Numbered from the stretch's first letter, positions 13,331-26,300 are shown. The stretch is 64,000 nt of DNA from Klebsormidium nitens (GCA_000708835.1 DF236964.1:361206-425205), one strand, 5' to 3'. The notes: generated by a model from the letters alone, not told the origin. Translations and numbers: made by a program.

Positions 13331-13715
13331 CTATCCTGGCTGGGCAATGAAACGGTTAACGCGTACGCTCGCGCACGCCCGAGAGCACACACGCAGCCCG
13401 CGCGCGTCCGACGACACGATCTACAATCAAGAGCTCAGTGCAGCAAGTACGACGAAGTAGACTCCTTTTGTTAGTGTCTCACTGGCTTTCAAAAAGTGTG
13501 AAAACATCTTACACGCGGGATCATAGGTTCGAAGGGTATCCGCGTGGACCGTACTGTCAGATCAGGTCCTTTGCACATAAATGCGTCAGAATGCCAGGTT
13601 TTACCGTGCACTTTGCGGTACGGATTCTAGTACGGATGGAACCAGGTCAGGATAAATGGCTTACAAGTTACAACACTAAAACCAAAAGAACTCTGCCCGG
13701 TTGTCACTGTCAGTG

Positions 13716-13866
13716 AGTAACCCTAATGTCACTCGGAAATGGCGTAACCTTAACAAATTGCGCTCGTCGATTTGCGTGAACCGTCACAGGTTTGCAGTAA
13801 CCCTAATGTCACAGTAAGTGCCCCGGGTCCAAGTCAATGTCAATGTCGATGTCAATGTCGATGTCG
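13716..13866. repeat. Duplicated GTAACCCTAATGTCAC motif plus GTC(A/G)AT hexamer run
   Basis: gtaaccctaatgtcac at ~13717 and ~13797; gtcaatgtcaatgtcgatgtcaatgtcgatgtc at ~13833-13865. Confidence 0.7.
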
Positions 13867-14755
13867 GTCTCCTTGTCAACGTTGTAACCACTCCCGTAAC
13901 CACTGACAGATTGCAACAATTGTCACACTTCAGGTGCTTCCAGGTGGGTTGAGTGTTGTTCACACCAATCAGAGTGGCGGAGACACTAACAAAAGGAGTC
14001 TACTTTGATAGTTTTGCCTCAGTGCATGGTCCAGCTGGGTAAAGAAACGAAAATGTGCAACCTCTGCAACCTCTGCTGCTGAACAACATTTGAAAGAACG
14101 GTCGTAGGCCGGGCCTCAGCGCCCTGACAATGCGATGGCTACGGTGCACGGCATTGAACTCTGCGTACACCTCCGGTAGCTTGAACATCGAATCGAGCTT
14201 CTAGTAACGGAAAGGGGAAATGCGTTGCATGCCGAACTTACTCACTAGTATTGGCTGCATGTATGCAAGTGCGGCGCATGGAAATAAACAGGCCGGAGTG
14301 TGAAAGTTAGCTCGGATATATCAAAGTGACTGCCAGGATTGAGCTCATTTAGGCACAGGTTTGAAGCATGCCAGTAGGGCTTACTTGCTAAGGGCATCTG
14401 ACCTTTTCAAGCTCCTACTTCAATTCACATGGTTGTGTCCCGCCAAAAACGGGGTATGTACGACTCCTACCCAAAGCTGGATCGTCCTAGACTTTGAAAC
14501 ACGCGATCTGTGAATCAGTTCCAATGCTAACAAAGTGCTAGGCACAATCCTTATTCAATGCCTATAAACTCTATCCAAAAGCTACGAGACCAACAACTTT
14601 GTCCGAGTCCAGAACCCTATCTATCAACGCTAATTTACGACTAGGGCTGGTTTGAGCTATGCTTATTTCAACTTATAAAGCCGTCACAGTCAATGGTGGC
14701 GGGTTTGGGTCCCCTTCTACTCCTTCCCAGACATCTTGTTTAGTGACTTTTGGTT

Positions 14756-17700
14756 CTATTCAATTACAGTACGGTGATATCCCCGTTCCGCCACTAGTTT
14801 GTCGAGGTAGGCAAGAACCTGCATTTTAAAGTCGGGGAGGCGGCTGTCAGCTCGTGAACAAAAGGAGGTTTGTTTTGGAGAGTATAGCCCGGGGACGGAA
14901 TCAAAAAAGTGCCAGATCAGGGATTTGCGAAAGCTCCTCGACAGAACAGCGGACAAAGGTAAGTTTCGGATGCTCGCATCCCCTTGAAAATTCGGAGCAA
15001 ACGGCGAATCAAAACGGAAATATCCGGCAAAGTGGACCAAGCATAACGGCCATCACACCTTGCGCATCTTAGGAGACCGTCAAGGTCCCCTTCCAGATCG
15101 TCCAAGAACGTCCCACTCAGAATCCCAAAGTAGATGGGTGTCACGACGCAAAACACCAGCATCTATCGTCCCCCCATCTTTGCGCTTGCCAGGACTTCGC
15201 CACTTTCTCCGTCCAACGAAACGTCCAGAGACTCGTCAGGTACTCTCCAGAGTGGAAACTGAGCCCATCGTTGCAAGTAAGCAGTGAACTCTGGTACTGA
15301 TATTCCCACAAGTTCTCAATCAAAACACCAGGAAGGGTTCCCACGCCGCAGAGTAATGTACGTCGCGTCTCCTCACCATGTCTTTCCGCTTCAATAGTCC
15401 GTCCATCTCCTTGTCCGACAGGACGTCCGAAAACTTGTCCGCGATTTGACTCTTCTCCAGGAAGCGCAGCCGCAAGTACGTCCGCGCGGACACGCACCGC
15501 ACCGACCCCGTCTGGAACGCGTTCTCGTGCTCCATGTGAACCACGGCCTCCTAGTAAACCAGAAAACGCAGATTCAGGCTCGGTTTTCGGTCTTTTTTTT
15601 GGACTTCTGGGTTTACGCACCGTCGATAGACGACAGGCGATGGATCGTACTCCTGTGTTATTGAGTCATGAGCTTGTGCAAACGGAATGTTCTGGAATGC
15701 GTACCCGTGCTTCATGTGTACAACGGCCTCCTTCATAACCAGATAACCCAAGCTCAGTTTCACGTTCCCATCCGTTCACTGATGTTCTAGGTTTTACGCC
15801 CAGTAGTCTAGACTACGAGGTGTGGGATAATCACGCATTTGTGGATTCCAAGACACGTTCCTTATAACCCTTGCGCACTACAGTCCCCTGCTTGGATTCT
15901 TCACTTTTGCAGGGACCCGACAAGAAAGTTTTGCAGATATGTTGCAAAGCAGAGCAAGCGTTGCTCATTCAGAAACTATAACCACATAACCTCTTTACTT
16001 TGCAAAACCCACAAAGTTTTGGTAGCGTGCTTTCACCAGGGAGAAGCACCGGAAGAGGAGTCCGAGGCGCTGCTAAAGATACATCTAGATAATCTACACC
16101 CCTGAAGCCCCTGAAATCGACACTTGTCGATCAATCAATGAGCACCGGACACATCTTGCCGTCTGCCCAAATTTCCCCGATTCGAGTGTATCCAAAGTGG
16201 CCGTCTGATGAGCAGAAGCCCACTCTAGAATTCTAGTCCTAAACAGGATGAAGTTCCTGAGAGCTGAAACGCACCTTGCGAAACCCTGCTGCGTGGTCAA
16301 TAAGCACCGGCCACATCTTGCCGTCTGCCCAGTGTTCGCCAAACAGAAAGTGTCCGGCGTGGCGGTCCGAGTTGTTGAGCAGCACGTCGATGACACGTGT
16401 ATCGCTCAGGAGGCGCGCGACCGAGACGCCCCAACTAGCGGCGGGCACTTTTTTGAGCGGCTTGGTGCGGGGGACGAAGTAGATAAAGGCGCCCTCGTCA
16501 AAGTGGCGGTAGTTCACGTCGATGCCGGACTTGCGGTATGCGACCTGGCGCGGCAACAATAACCCTGTCAGCTTTTCGTGGGCGGATTTTCCGTGGAGAT
16601 TATCCTTTGCTTCGAGATTCAGGAAGTCTGCTAGGGTGCACTTGTTGACGTGCTGGAGGTTCACGAACATGCCAGACTTGACGTATGCAACCAGTAAGCT
16701 TTCATCGATGCAATAGATGACATCAATGCTCAAATTGTGGTGAAAATGCGTGCCTCAGCCAGCAGTCACTCTGCTTCTATCGAAGCGGCAATCTTTCCAA
16801 CTGGACGTGGAACCTCCCTTAACTTTCGAAAGAGACCCTCTCAGATGACCTTCTCAAAAGTGTTACAGATGAAGAACAGTCAAGGGGTCCTTGAGGGTTC
16901 CCTTGATATTCCGGAATCAAGGGCACTGACCATAGAGAGAATTGCTAGAGCGAAGTAGAGTGGCGCTTCACCGGAGGGACGTAGTCCATGCCTAGCATGA
17001 GGTTGAGCTCATAAGCTATGAGCTCGACCGGCGCCCTATGCCACCCGTCTGCGTCCCCCTCCACTTTCGGCTTGAAGAGTGCCGTTACCTGTCCAAGTGA
17101 GCGTGGCGAGACACAGTGAGCATATTTGAAATTTGGGGGGGGATTCATGATCATAGCTTGTAGAAATCGGGAACCCCACGAGTGGTGGACACAGAACAAA
17201 GTAGCAGGATGGAGCCTCGTAAATCCATCTTGACTATATCGTCAGCGTCAAGCGTAACACTAGGTGCCTACTTGAGATGAAAGGGACAGATTCGTTAAAG
17301 TCTCCCTTGTCAAGCAAAAGCCTGCAGCTACTTGCAGACTGTTTCCAGCAACTCGCATGTGGATCCCCCTCCACATGATTATGCAGGAAGTACATATGTT
17401 GATGTACGCCCAACAACTCTGATCACCTGAGGTGCACCTAGCTCATCTGAGAAGTACGTTCTGACACTTCAAGACTCTGCTCTGAAATGCACGCCAATTC
17501 CGAAGCGAGTGTGGCGGCCAGCCCACTCAACTCTTATGTGGCACAGTTCGGGAACCCTTGTGTCCAGCAACAGTCTCAAAATTTCGAAAAGAAAACCAGC
17601 GGCTTGAACACGTGAAAGATGTTCGACTACCCCGCCACTTATCTTGTCCAACACTTCGATGACAGTGCTCTTGTGCCCGACAAGCGCCACGTGTCGCTTA

Positions 17701-20700
17701 CGAAACCTAAATCAGGGGTATCATGCGGCTACAGTCAACCCACCTTCTTGTCGCTGTTCTTGTCCAGCAGCTCGACGACGAAGCTCTCATGTCCGAACGT
17801 GCTGGGGGGCTCCATCGGGCGCGCGGACACGATCTTTCCCGTCGCCAGGACGTCCAGAATCTCGCGGTGCTTCTCAGCCACGTCTGGAGACGCCTGCACC
17901 CGATCGGGCGCCAAAACGCTTGAGCTTCTCAAGACCTTTTTGGGTAAGGTATAATTCCTTGACTCTCGAGGTGTTTTAAGTAGTGTCCAACCCCTTATAC
18001 AGCACATATTGTATATGCTGCTGTAAAACATTTTTTCTAAACGAGACTGCTTGGGGGCTTGCGAAGCAAAGCGGACTAAAAGCCAAGCATCCTGCAAGCT
18101 CACATGACTTTGTTTGACTTCGACACAACGAACATTGTAAGCGGGTCGGCTGTCTGCAGACATTGATTCGCAGATCCATCAGACGCAGTCTTGTTGACTC
18201 CTCTGCAGAGCTGCAACCTACACTTTCAGACAGCGGACGCCAAACCTGCATCTTCCAAAACCAGAAACACGCATCCACCCACCTGCACCAGCTGCGCAAC
18301 GCGGCTCTTGCTGAGGTCAGCGGCGGCCTCCGCCAACGAGTGAACCCCCAGAGCGACGAAGTCGTCCGAGTTGAGCGAGAGCATCGCAGCGGACGAGAGC
18401 GCATCGCCCGTGCACTGCACCGTGGTTTGCATGTCAATGACGGCCGTCCGGAGGTTGGGGTCCTTGCGGATGTACGTTTTGGTACAACCTGCGGGTTTAA
18501 ATTGGGGGTTAGTGACATCCCTTCCGGCTTATTCGAGCACGCTGCAAACGACTGTCAGTGTCCATTGCACATGTCGATAACGGCTGTGCGGCACGCGGGG
18601 TCTAATGTACAGCTGGGAGGGTGTGTGTGAATCGCGAAGTTGGAGTTGAGCTTGAGACTAGACTCGTTGCACCGAATACAAGCCACTGGAGGGCGGCACT
18701 GTCTGCAAGTCCACACGAGACACAGTTGCCTGCCCGACTCGAAAAGCGGGTGTCAATCGACTTACATAGCGCTCCAGGGTGCGCCACCACGCACTCGTAC
18801 TTCTCCGGCACCGCCACCGCGTCCGGCCCGAGTATTCTGGCCCCCTCCTCCAAACCCCCGAACCCTAACCCTCTTTCTAAACCCGCTTCGTCCACCTCCC
18901 GTCCATTTTCCCTCTCTACTTCCGCCAATCCCTTCCCTAAACCCTCCCCTAACCCCTGCGCTAAACCCTCTTCGACTGCGGCGCTCGTTTTAGGGGCGAA
19001 ACCGATCACCGCTTCGAGTGCTTCCAGTGTGCTCGCTTGCTCTTGGATCTCGGCGAGTCGCGCAGCTTCGAGCGCGTGCCGTTCATCCTCCACCTTACGC
19101 ATCTCTTCCATTCGCTGGTAGTCCTCCTTGATCTTCTCCTCACCTTGCCGCCGAAGCTCTTCGATTCGACGCAGCTCCTCCTGTATTGACAAAAAGGTAG
19201 GAGCAGTTCAAATCACGTTGTTCTGAGGTATGAGGACTTCTGCTTGCTCACTATTGCGGAAGCGCGAACTCAAAAGCGGTGAGGCATGAGAGACCGCTCA
19301 TCTCAAGGTTGCAAGAAGGCCAGCAGAGACAAGCTTCTTAGGCCTGATTGACGAGAGTCCCTTCTGAGTCGCTGTCAAGTTGCTTTGTCAGCCGTTTACT
19401 ATGTTTCGACATGGACCATCACAGAAACAATAGTAGAGCAATGATGAGAATCAGGTACTGAAGCTCTGTAAGACTGAATCCCAGTTCTATGATGTGAAAG
19501 AGCCACAAACCTCGAACATAGGCCCAACTAGTCGGAAGATCCAAACAAATGAGATCCAGAACCCCAACATTAAGAGAAGCTCAGCATAGCTCGATCTTTT
19601 CCCACCTGCTGTTGCAGCTGCACCGTCTTCCTCAGCTTCGCCATCTCAATCCTCGTCGAGTTTGCCCGTTCGGTAACCGCGCGGCTGGTCTCCTTAACCA
19701 GGCTCGCAAAGTGGTTAAGCTCCCTAACCATCGCGGCCTCCTGGCGCTCGATCGCCGCCACTTTGGCAGAGATCTCGTCCATGTCGGGGGGTTGGTCGGA
19801 GCTCGCTAACCCGTTTTGGTTAGCGCCGTTCTTTCCGTTGGGGACATCGTGCGTGCCATTTGCAGAGGCAGGAGCGGGCTGCAAATGATGACGGGGAAGT
19901 GAGCTCCACTCTTTCATAAATTTAGCATCGGGGAAGGCGTCAAAAAAGTAGCAAAAAAAGCGGCAGCATGGGGTTTGGTGGTTGGTTTGCGCAGCTTGAG
20001 TAGCTGGTTACCCTGGCAAACCAAAACTTTGGGAGTGCTAGTCAAGGGCAGGTTTGCAGTTGAGAAGCGAACCGGGGGGGAGTCTCTTATAACCAGCCAT
20101 TGACCCTTCTTGACCGGAGGTCTGCTCCTTGTATTTTCGTATTGTCTTACCAAAACATATAGAATCGTTGTAGATGGGAAGCGCCCTCTCAACCAATCAG
20201 TATCTCAATCATCATTGTTCGACAAAGTCTATGCCCTTGCACATGGCACGTTATGACGTTCTTGTCTAATCTTTGAAACCGGAGGGCTTTTCCAGACTGC
20301 TTGGACGATTTCTCTGAATGGTTGCAGCATTCCACAGTCTGCATTTGCCTCTTGAACAGAGCTTGGGCTTGCTACGAATGACTGCTAGGTCTGCTTCATC
20401 GGTTATCTGTCTTCCTGAGCGATGGCTGGTGCGTGATGCGAATGCAAGCATCTCAACAGACCAATCTCTTCTGGCCGCTAGCTTTGGAAGAGCTGTAGCA
20501 CCACCGCACTGTCATAGCAAATGCCCTCAGCTGTTACGACTTGTTTCCATGCTCCCCAAATGATCAAGAATCGCTTCCCTTTTCAGGCCCCCAAAGCAAC
20601 AACCTACTTTTTACTTTTGCCCATTTCCTTCTGCATTGCCCTTTTCTCAAAGCGGCCGTAATCATTTCACGAGGTAATCAATCAATGATCAAGAACAGCA

Positions 20701-21257
20701 CCCTGCGCGCAGAGTCGACCCTGATTGAGCACACGGCAAGTATCTTCAGGAAATGAGACCAAACTCCTGGAACGTGGTCAGCCAATGCATAGCTAGCCGA
20801 TCCAAGCTCAACCTGCAGATGTGCCAAAATTTGGCTCAGCCATCTGGCCGCCATCCCCCATCAGTGCAACATCAGCAATTTTCGACATACCCACCTGTGC
20901 CGGTTCAGTGGTGCGGCTTGAGAATGGGAATGCTTGCACCCTGCACGTGTTGTTCCTTCTGGCCCTTTGGACCCTTCCTATTTCAGTAGCAGAATGCTGC
21001 AGCCCGGCACTTGATGTGGCGCATTTTAAACTAGAGGTGCATTTGCAAGAAAAGAATTGGGAACGGCTCTTCGCTTCCAGGTGCCGATTCCTACTAGGTT
21101 GACCAAACGTTTGCTCCAAGCTCTGAAGCACAGGAATGCAACCAGGAAAGAACTTATTTGCCGGCCGCCAGCCGCTTTTTGATAATACTTTTGAACCCTG
21201 GATCTCTCCAGAGACATTGGCAGAGCGGGAAACGGTCGCCCTATACGAGGCCGCCAT
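14756..21257 (-). CDS. Atypical kinase of the PI3/PI4-kinase-like (type II PI4K/FAM20C/HipA-like) fold with N-terminal coiled coil and possible organellar transit peptide, ~690 aa
   Basis: Phase-consistent exons 21257-20895, 19878-19606, 19180-18766, 18488-18283, 17935-17744, 17088-16972, 16544-16275, 15550-15377, 14818-14756 (2073 nt). Motifs: ALFKP, E-x-x-AY (VELIAYELNLMLGMDYVPP), DVLLNNSDRHAGHFL, LIDH. The first exon is less certain than the kinase exons. Confidence 0.8.
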
Positions 21258-21596
21258 GATCGGAATCAGTAGAGAGAGCGGCTCTTGAAAGAGCCGTTGT
21301 CATTAAAGGACTCCAGCATGGGCTGCTGGAACTGCACCAGAACAACTTCTCTTCTTCTCTTCTTGAGGCGGCTCTTTTGCAATTACCTACAGAAAGATCA
21401 GCAAATGCGGACACCCATGCTGCCGCAGCCTTGCAGAAATGCAGCTCCCTTTTGATTGCATGGCCTTCATGGTTATCTACCGTTCGTTTGTAGGCTGCCC
21501 AAGCTCCTCAACCGTCCGATATGTATCTAATATCTTCCCGCTCGCGCACCGGAGAAGTTGGAGGGGGGTCCCTCCCGAGGGTCCTCCGTTCGTGTG

Positions 21597-21631
21597 CGTT
21601 CCGCTGCCTTGAGCCTGAAGGCAGCGGAACG
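21597..21631. other. Perfect 14-bp stem-loop upstream of the kinase gene
   Basis: cgttccgctgcctt-gagcctg-aaggcagcggaacg. Confidence 0.75.
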
Positions 21632-21834
21632 TGTCGGCTACTGTCGGCAGGTGGTTTCCGCCGGAGCGGCCATTCCGGTCAGCGGGTCATGTGAGCTAGC
21701 TAGCGGACATATCCCAAGGTTGCGAATTTTGGCGCCAATGCATGATCCTGCCTATAATAGTACTATTGCCATATTGGCAACATTTGGTGACCTTGAACGA
21801 GCTGAAGAGGACCCGCTGAAAAGTGGGAAGAGCA

Positions 21835-22362
21835 ATGCCAATGGCGGACAAGAATAAGGAGGAGGCTTCTGAGTCCGAGGACGAGGCGGACTACGAGTGT
21901 GACTTTGATTACGGCTTCATCGTCCATGATTCTGAGGAGGACAAGGCGCCCTGGTGCCATAGCTGCTCAAAACGTCTGAGTCCCGAGGAGGACGCATGAT
22001 ACGTATATTGCTGGACATGTATCGATAAGGACGGCGGAATTTCGGTCTCCGAGTATTCAAGGCCCTGTCTCGCGGTTCGGATAGATGCAAACGGCACAGT
22101 TTGGGAAGGCATGCCGGATAATCCTGAGCCCTCGTTCTCTTGGCAGGAAGTCCCAGTTTACAAGGAGCATCCGGGGCGTGAGCACTACAAGAGAATGTCA
22201 TGCACAGCCATGCTGGAGCAGATCAGGCTTTATGAGAAATTGAACAGGTTCTGGCATGAGGGCTCGCAGGTGCCACCCCCGCCTACGGAGATCAAGTACT
22301 CGTGCTTTGTGTGTGGTAAGGAGCATGTGGCCTACAGAGATAAGAAAGCGGCAGATCAATAG
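21835..22362 (+). pseudogene. Intronless ORF with acidic N-terminus and CxxC motifs, interrupted by one in-frame TGA (21997-21999)
   Basis: MPMADKNKEEASESEDEADYECDFDYGFIVHDSEEDKAPWCHSCSKRLSPEEDA*YVYCWTC...YSCFVCGKEH...DQ*; the frame is open on both sides of the TGA. Confidence 0.5.
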
Positions 22363-23399
22363 AAAGTTTCCAGAATTGGTAGCAAGATCAATAGGTGACA
22401 CTTTTTGGGGATTTGCATTCGATTGCCCACTTGAAGAGAAAGTTGGATGGCCGTTCAAAGCGTTGGTTGGTTCTAGCTGATCTTCATGCCTTCGAAGAAA
22501 TATACTAGCAGTGCCAGACTCTCAGCTCCACGGAGCATCCTTGGAGTGGTCCAATCAATACAAAAGTAGGAGTAAATAGCGAAGTATCGTATGCAAGTTA
22601 GTAGGGTGGCCCTACTACCACTTCTGTCTAAAGAGTTCGATGTGCAAGTATTTCTATATCTTATGTATGCGTCTTCCACGCATCTGCACTTGTAGTTTGC
22701 AGTAATTGATGTACATCATACCGTAGGTTTCAACAAGAACCTGAACTTAGTAGAGTAGGTTGACTTTGGCCAAACTTGTGTACAGTTTCCTGCAAACATT
22801 GTTGCGTGTCTGAGTTTATTCCACACCAACGTCTTACCTCTCTATGCATTGCCTTGTTTTAAGGTCCTGAGTAGAGGCACTTTGCTTATCAGGAACACCC
22901 TCAGTGAGGAAATCCTGTGCAACATGTGCGCGATTGTGCACGCCCAAAGGCCGGCACTGGCTAGGCACATGCACAGTTAACCTAGGGCAACCTTATTGCA
23001 ATACATCGTTGTCATTGGCGGACGGTCACTCTATACCATATTGCATGTTTGGCTCATCGACCGCGGACTGACTGGCGCATGCGACTTATGATTCATCAGC
23101 AGTGCCCAAACGTATATGCACATGGCGCAATCATTCATGAGGCTCTGCAGCTGGCACGGAGGCTCACGAATCATTGGACTCGAAACTCTCTGGCAGACAC
23201 TGCCATGGCCAAGGATCTCACGGCATGGCATTTAATTATTATTGCACAGGGAATGTAGTCCCGAATCTGCAAAGCCGCTGCGGCACGCTTCAAGCAAGAT
23301 TTATAATGGCCGAAGGGCATTTCACGCGCACGTACAATCCATCAACGAATTGCCGTTTGAGCAAAGACTCAATTTGCACTGCATCTGAGTACTATCAGC

Positions 23400-26300
23400 T
23401 CAAATAAACGCGCGCATTGCGACCTCATCAATCTCGTCTCTCCTGGCATCCTTCTCCGCTTCAGCAGCTTCCATCAGATCTTTTTGTGTGACGACCCGTT
23501 CCTCCAACGGCCGGAGCGCCACCTTTGCCGCGGCCCGGACGGTCGCCCCGCTGATCGCCCCGCTGTTGAACTCGAAGCGCCGCCCGAGCTCGTCAAAGTC
23601 GATGCCGGGTGCGAGAGGGACCTGACAACAAGGAAAGTAAAGTTGTCTAAAAGTGGCCTACATGAGCTGGAAGCAAAGTCCCGACAGAACCTCTTGCTCA
23701 TCACGACTCCTTGACCAATTTCGAGAACTTCGCAACGATCCATACGAATGTCCAAGACTGCTTCTTCGGTTCTGCGCCAGTCTCTGCTGAAGTGTGAGGC
23801 GCGCCGTGTCCAAATGACTACCAGAAACGCCCGAAACTTGCCGAAAGTAGCAAACTGTTCGAGATGAAGTCACCAGTCGGGCGGATTAGAAAAGCAGCCG
23901 ATATACAATCGGGCGACAAATAACTGCAGGCCCAGGGCCAACGGTGCCTTATCGAACTGGTCAGCAATCTTAGTCTTCCTCTGTCCGACAGTTCAAATTG
24001 AAAGATGTCCTCTTTTAAAAACTCCCTAAATTTCGGATACTCGATGCGCCAGGTTGCGGTCATTTAACGAAGGGCAGAAAAACGAGGACAGCTCAGGAGT
24101 GTCCGCAGTTGCGGACGGCGGACGCACCTTGTCCGGCAGCAGCTTGCGCCACATGCGGCCACGTGTCTTAGCGTCCGGCATCTTGAACTCGACGATCACC
24201 CGCAGGCGGCGCATCAGCTCCGGGTCTAGACGCCGGATTGCGCTACTCTGAAAGCCAGGAACCAAAGTATCTTTTCAGAGTTCGATAAGATTCTTTGCTT
24301 TTCTTTCTCCAAGAAAACGTGGGTCTTTCGCCGTGTGCACGGTGTGCTAAGACAGCTCTTCAAACGCTCAATCAATCAACTTTCGAAGGGGGTGGATCCG
24401 TTCCACGTAGATCCGTGCGAAGCAGCAAAAGCAAGCGGCACTGCAATACGCTCCAAACCCTGAGTTCAACCTCGAAGAGATTTCTGCAGGAACATCGAAA
24501 GCCCAAGAACGACGTCCCCTGTTTCCCAAAGAAAGCATGCTTCACTGCTCCCCAAATTGGCATCGGCGACACACATGCGCAAACATGTTGCCAACAAGAG
24601 CCAGATGACGCGTCACTAGTTAGGAAAAGATGCCGCGAAGGACCTTCCGTGAACCCGAATCGAATAGCAGACCTGTAACGGCCGCTGCTTCTGAATATGC
24701 AAGACTTTATGATCTGATCGAGCGAGCTCGTCCCAACAACGAAGGAAACTTTGGGTCAACTCGGATAATGATAGGGGTCACGACAAAAAAGACAACCAGA
24801 CTAGGACAGAACCAAGGTAATCTACTTGGATACTTACCTGCGATGAGGATACGAACCCGTGGAGACCAGTGTAAACAAGTAGACGGCTCTTGCGCTCCTT
24901 TTCGGGCTACGGAATCGACGAACAGAGAACTTGCAAAAAGCAATCACAGAACAAGGAACAAAAATGGACGCATAAAAGCACAAATATGACTAGAGTAAGA
25001 TTCGAGGGGTGAAACACCGACGGAAGTATGAAACAGGAAAGATCGTACCTGGATGTTGTTCGCAATGAGTATGCACACCCCTGGGAATCGCTCCAGGTTG
25101 TACAGCAGCAGCCCGATGGCGGCTGACGACGACCGGGAGACCATCATGTCTTCGTCGTTCCCCCCCTCGATCACCTGCCGAGGTCGAAACTTTGAACAGT
25201 TGCCGCGATCGAATGGTGAACCAAATGATTCTCCTATCGAAGAGATGCCCCCCCGCCATGCTTGTGATTGAGTTCCGGTTCATGTGTTGTCAGGCGCTAT
25301 TGTTGCGCTTGATGGACTTAGCCGCAGCGAACGCTTTCAGATCTGTACTCCGTCAGCAAACGCCGTTGATGACGTCAATTTCAACGAGCTGCACCGTCTG
25401 CGGAGGAAACATTATCTTCTTAAGGTATACCTCGTGTTCGTCAAAGGCTGACCTCAAAACATGCTAAATCCTCGGCATGGCCCTGAATGATTAGCCCCAG
25501 TTCTGAACGGAGTTCTTGGTTGTCATTGAGTTGGGTCAAAAAACGGGTTTGGGTTAACCCACCTGGAAGTCTTCGAGAACCAGCACTGCGTCCATGAGGC
25601 GCGCGTCCTTGAAGGTGGCGGTTATCGCGGAACCCGTCTTGGAGGAGCTCTCCTGCGACACTAGCTGCGCGCAGTTGATCACCTGCGCACGAAAAAATCA
25701 TTTTGAGGTCGTGAAATATAGGGTGCTAAATGTTTGCTTAGGATTTTATCAAATCAGTAGTATAGCGTCATTCGGAAAAGGTGATCGCCTGCAAAACGAA
25801 CCGCACACAAACCGTGCTGTAGGAAAATTTTGCTTCTTTGGCGATGCTAAGGGAGCCCACGAAGAATCTTCTGAGTCCCAAACGTAATATGTACAGCGTC
25901 GTTTCCTTTTCCAAGAATTGCGGTTGTGCTGATGTCTCACAAGAAAAAGCATGTACCACGGTCGAAGCAAGCTTGAATTGTGCCATATCCAAGAATCGCG
26001 ATCAGCGCAGTGCGTAAGGTAATCTTCAACAGCAGCCAAAGAATCAACGGCACAGAAAGGTTCTTCGTTGACTGCGAAGCCCCAAAAAAATGAACCTGGT
26101 CCGCTTGCCAAGTCGCACTCCTGATTTCAACACTCAAAACTTCAATCGGAAGTTAGACCTCTACTTTGACTACGCAAGAGACCGGGCAGTATCAGACTTT
26201 AGTTTCTCAGAACTGTGGCTTACAATCGTCATTGAAGAGACCTTCAGAGCTCAAAAAATGGGTTTCATCAAACATTCAAATCGGCAAGGCTTTGTGGCTT

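Noticed and set aside
20200-20560. Additional kinase-gene exon
   Set aside because: No phase-compatible, stop-free exon with convincing splice sites; exons 20895 and 19878 already join in phase.
21997-21999. Selenocysteine codon
   Set aside because: The TGA is not in a CxxU/UxxC position and I could not identify a SECIS; it is kept only as a low-probability alternative.
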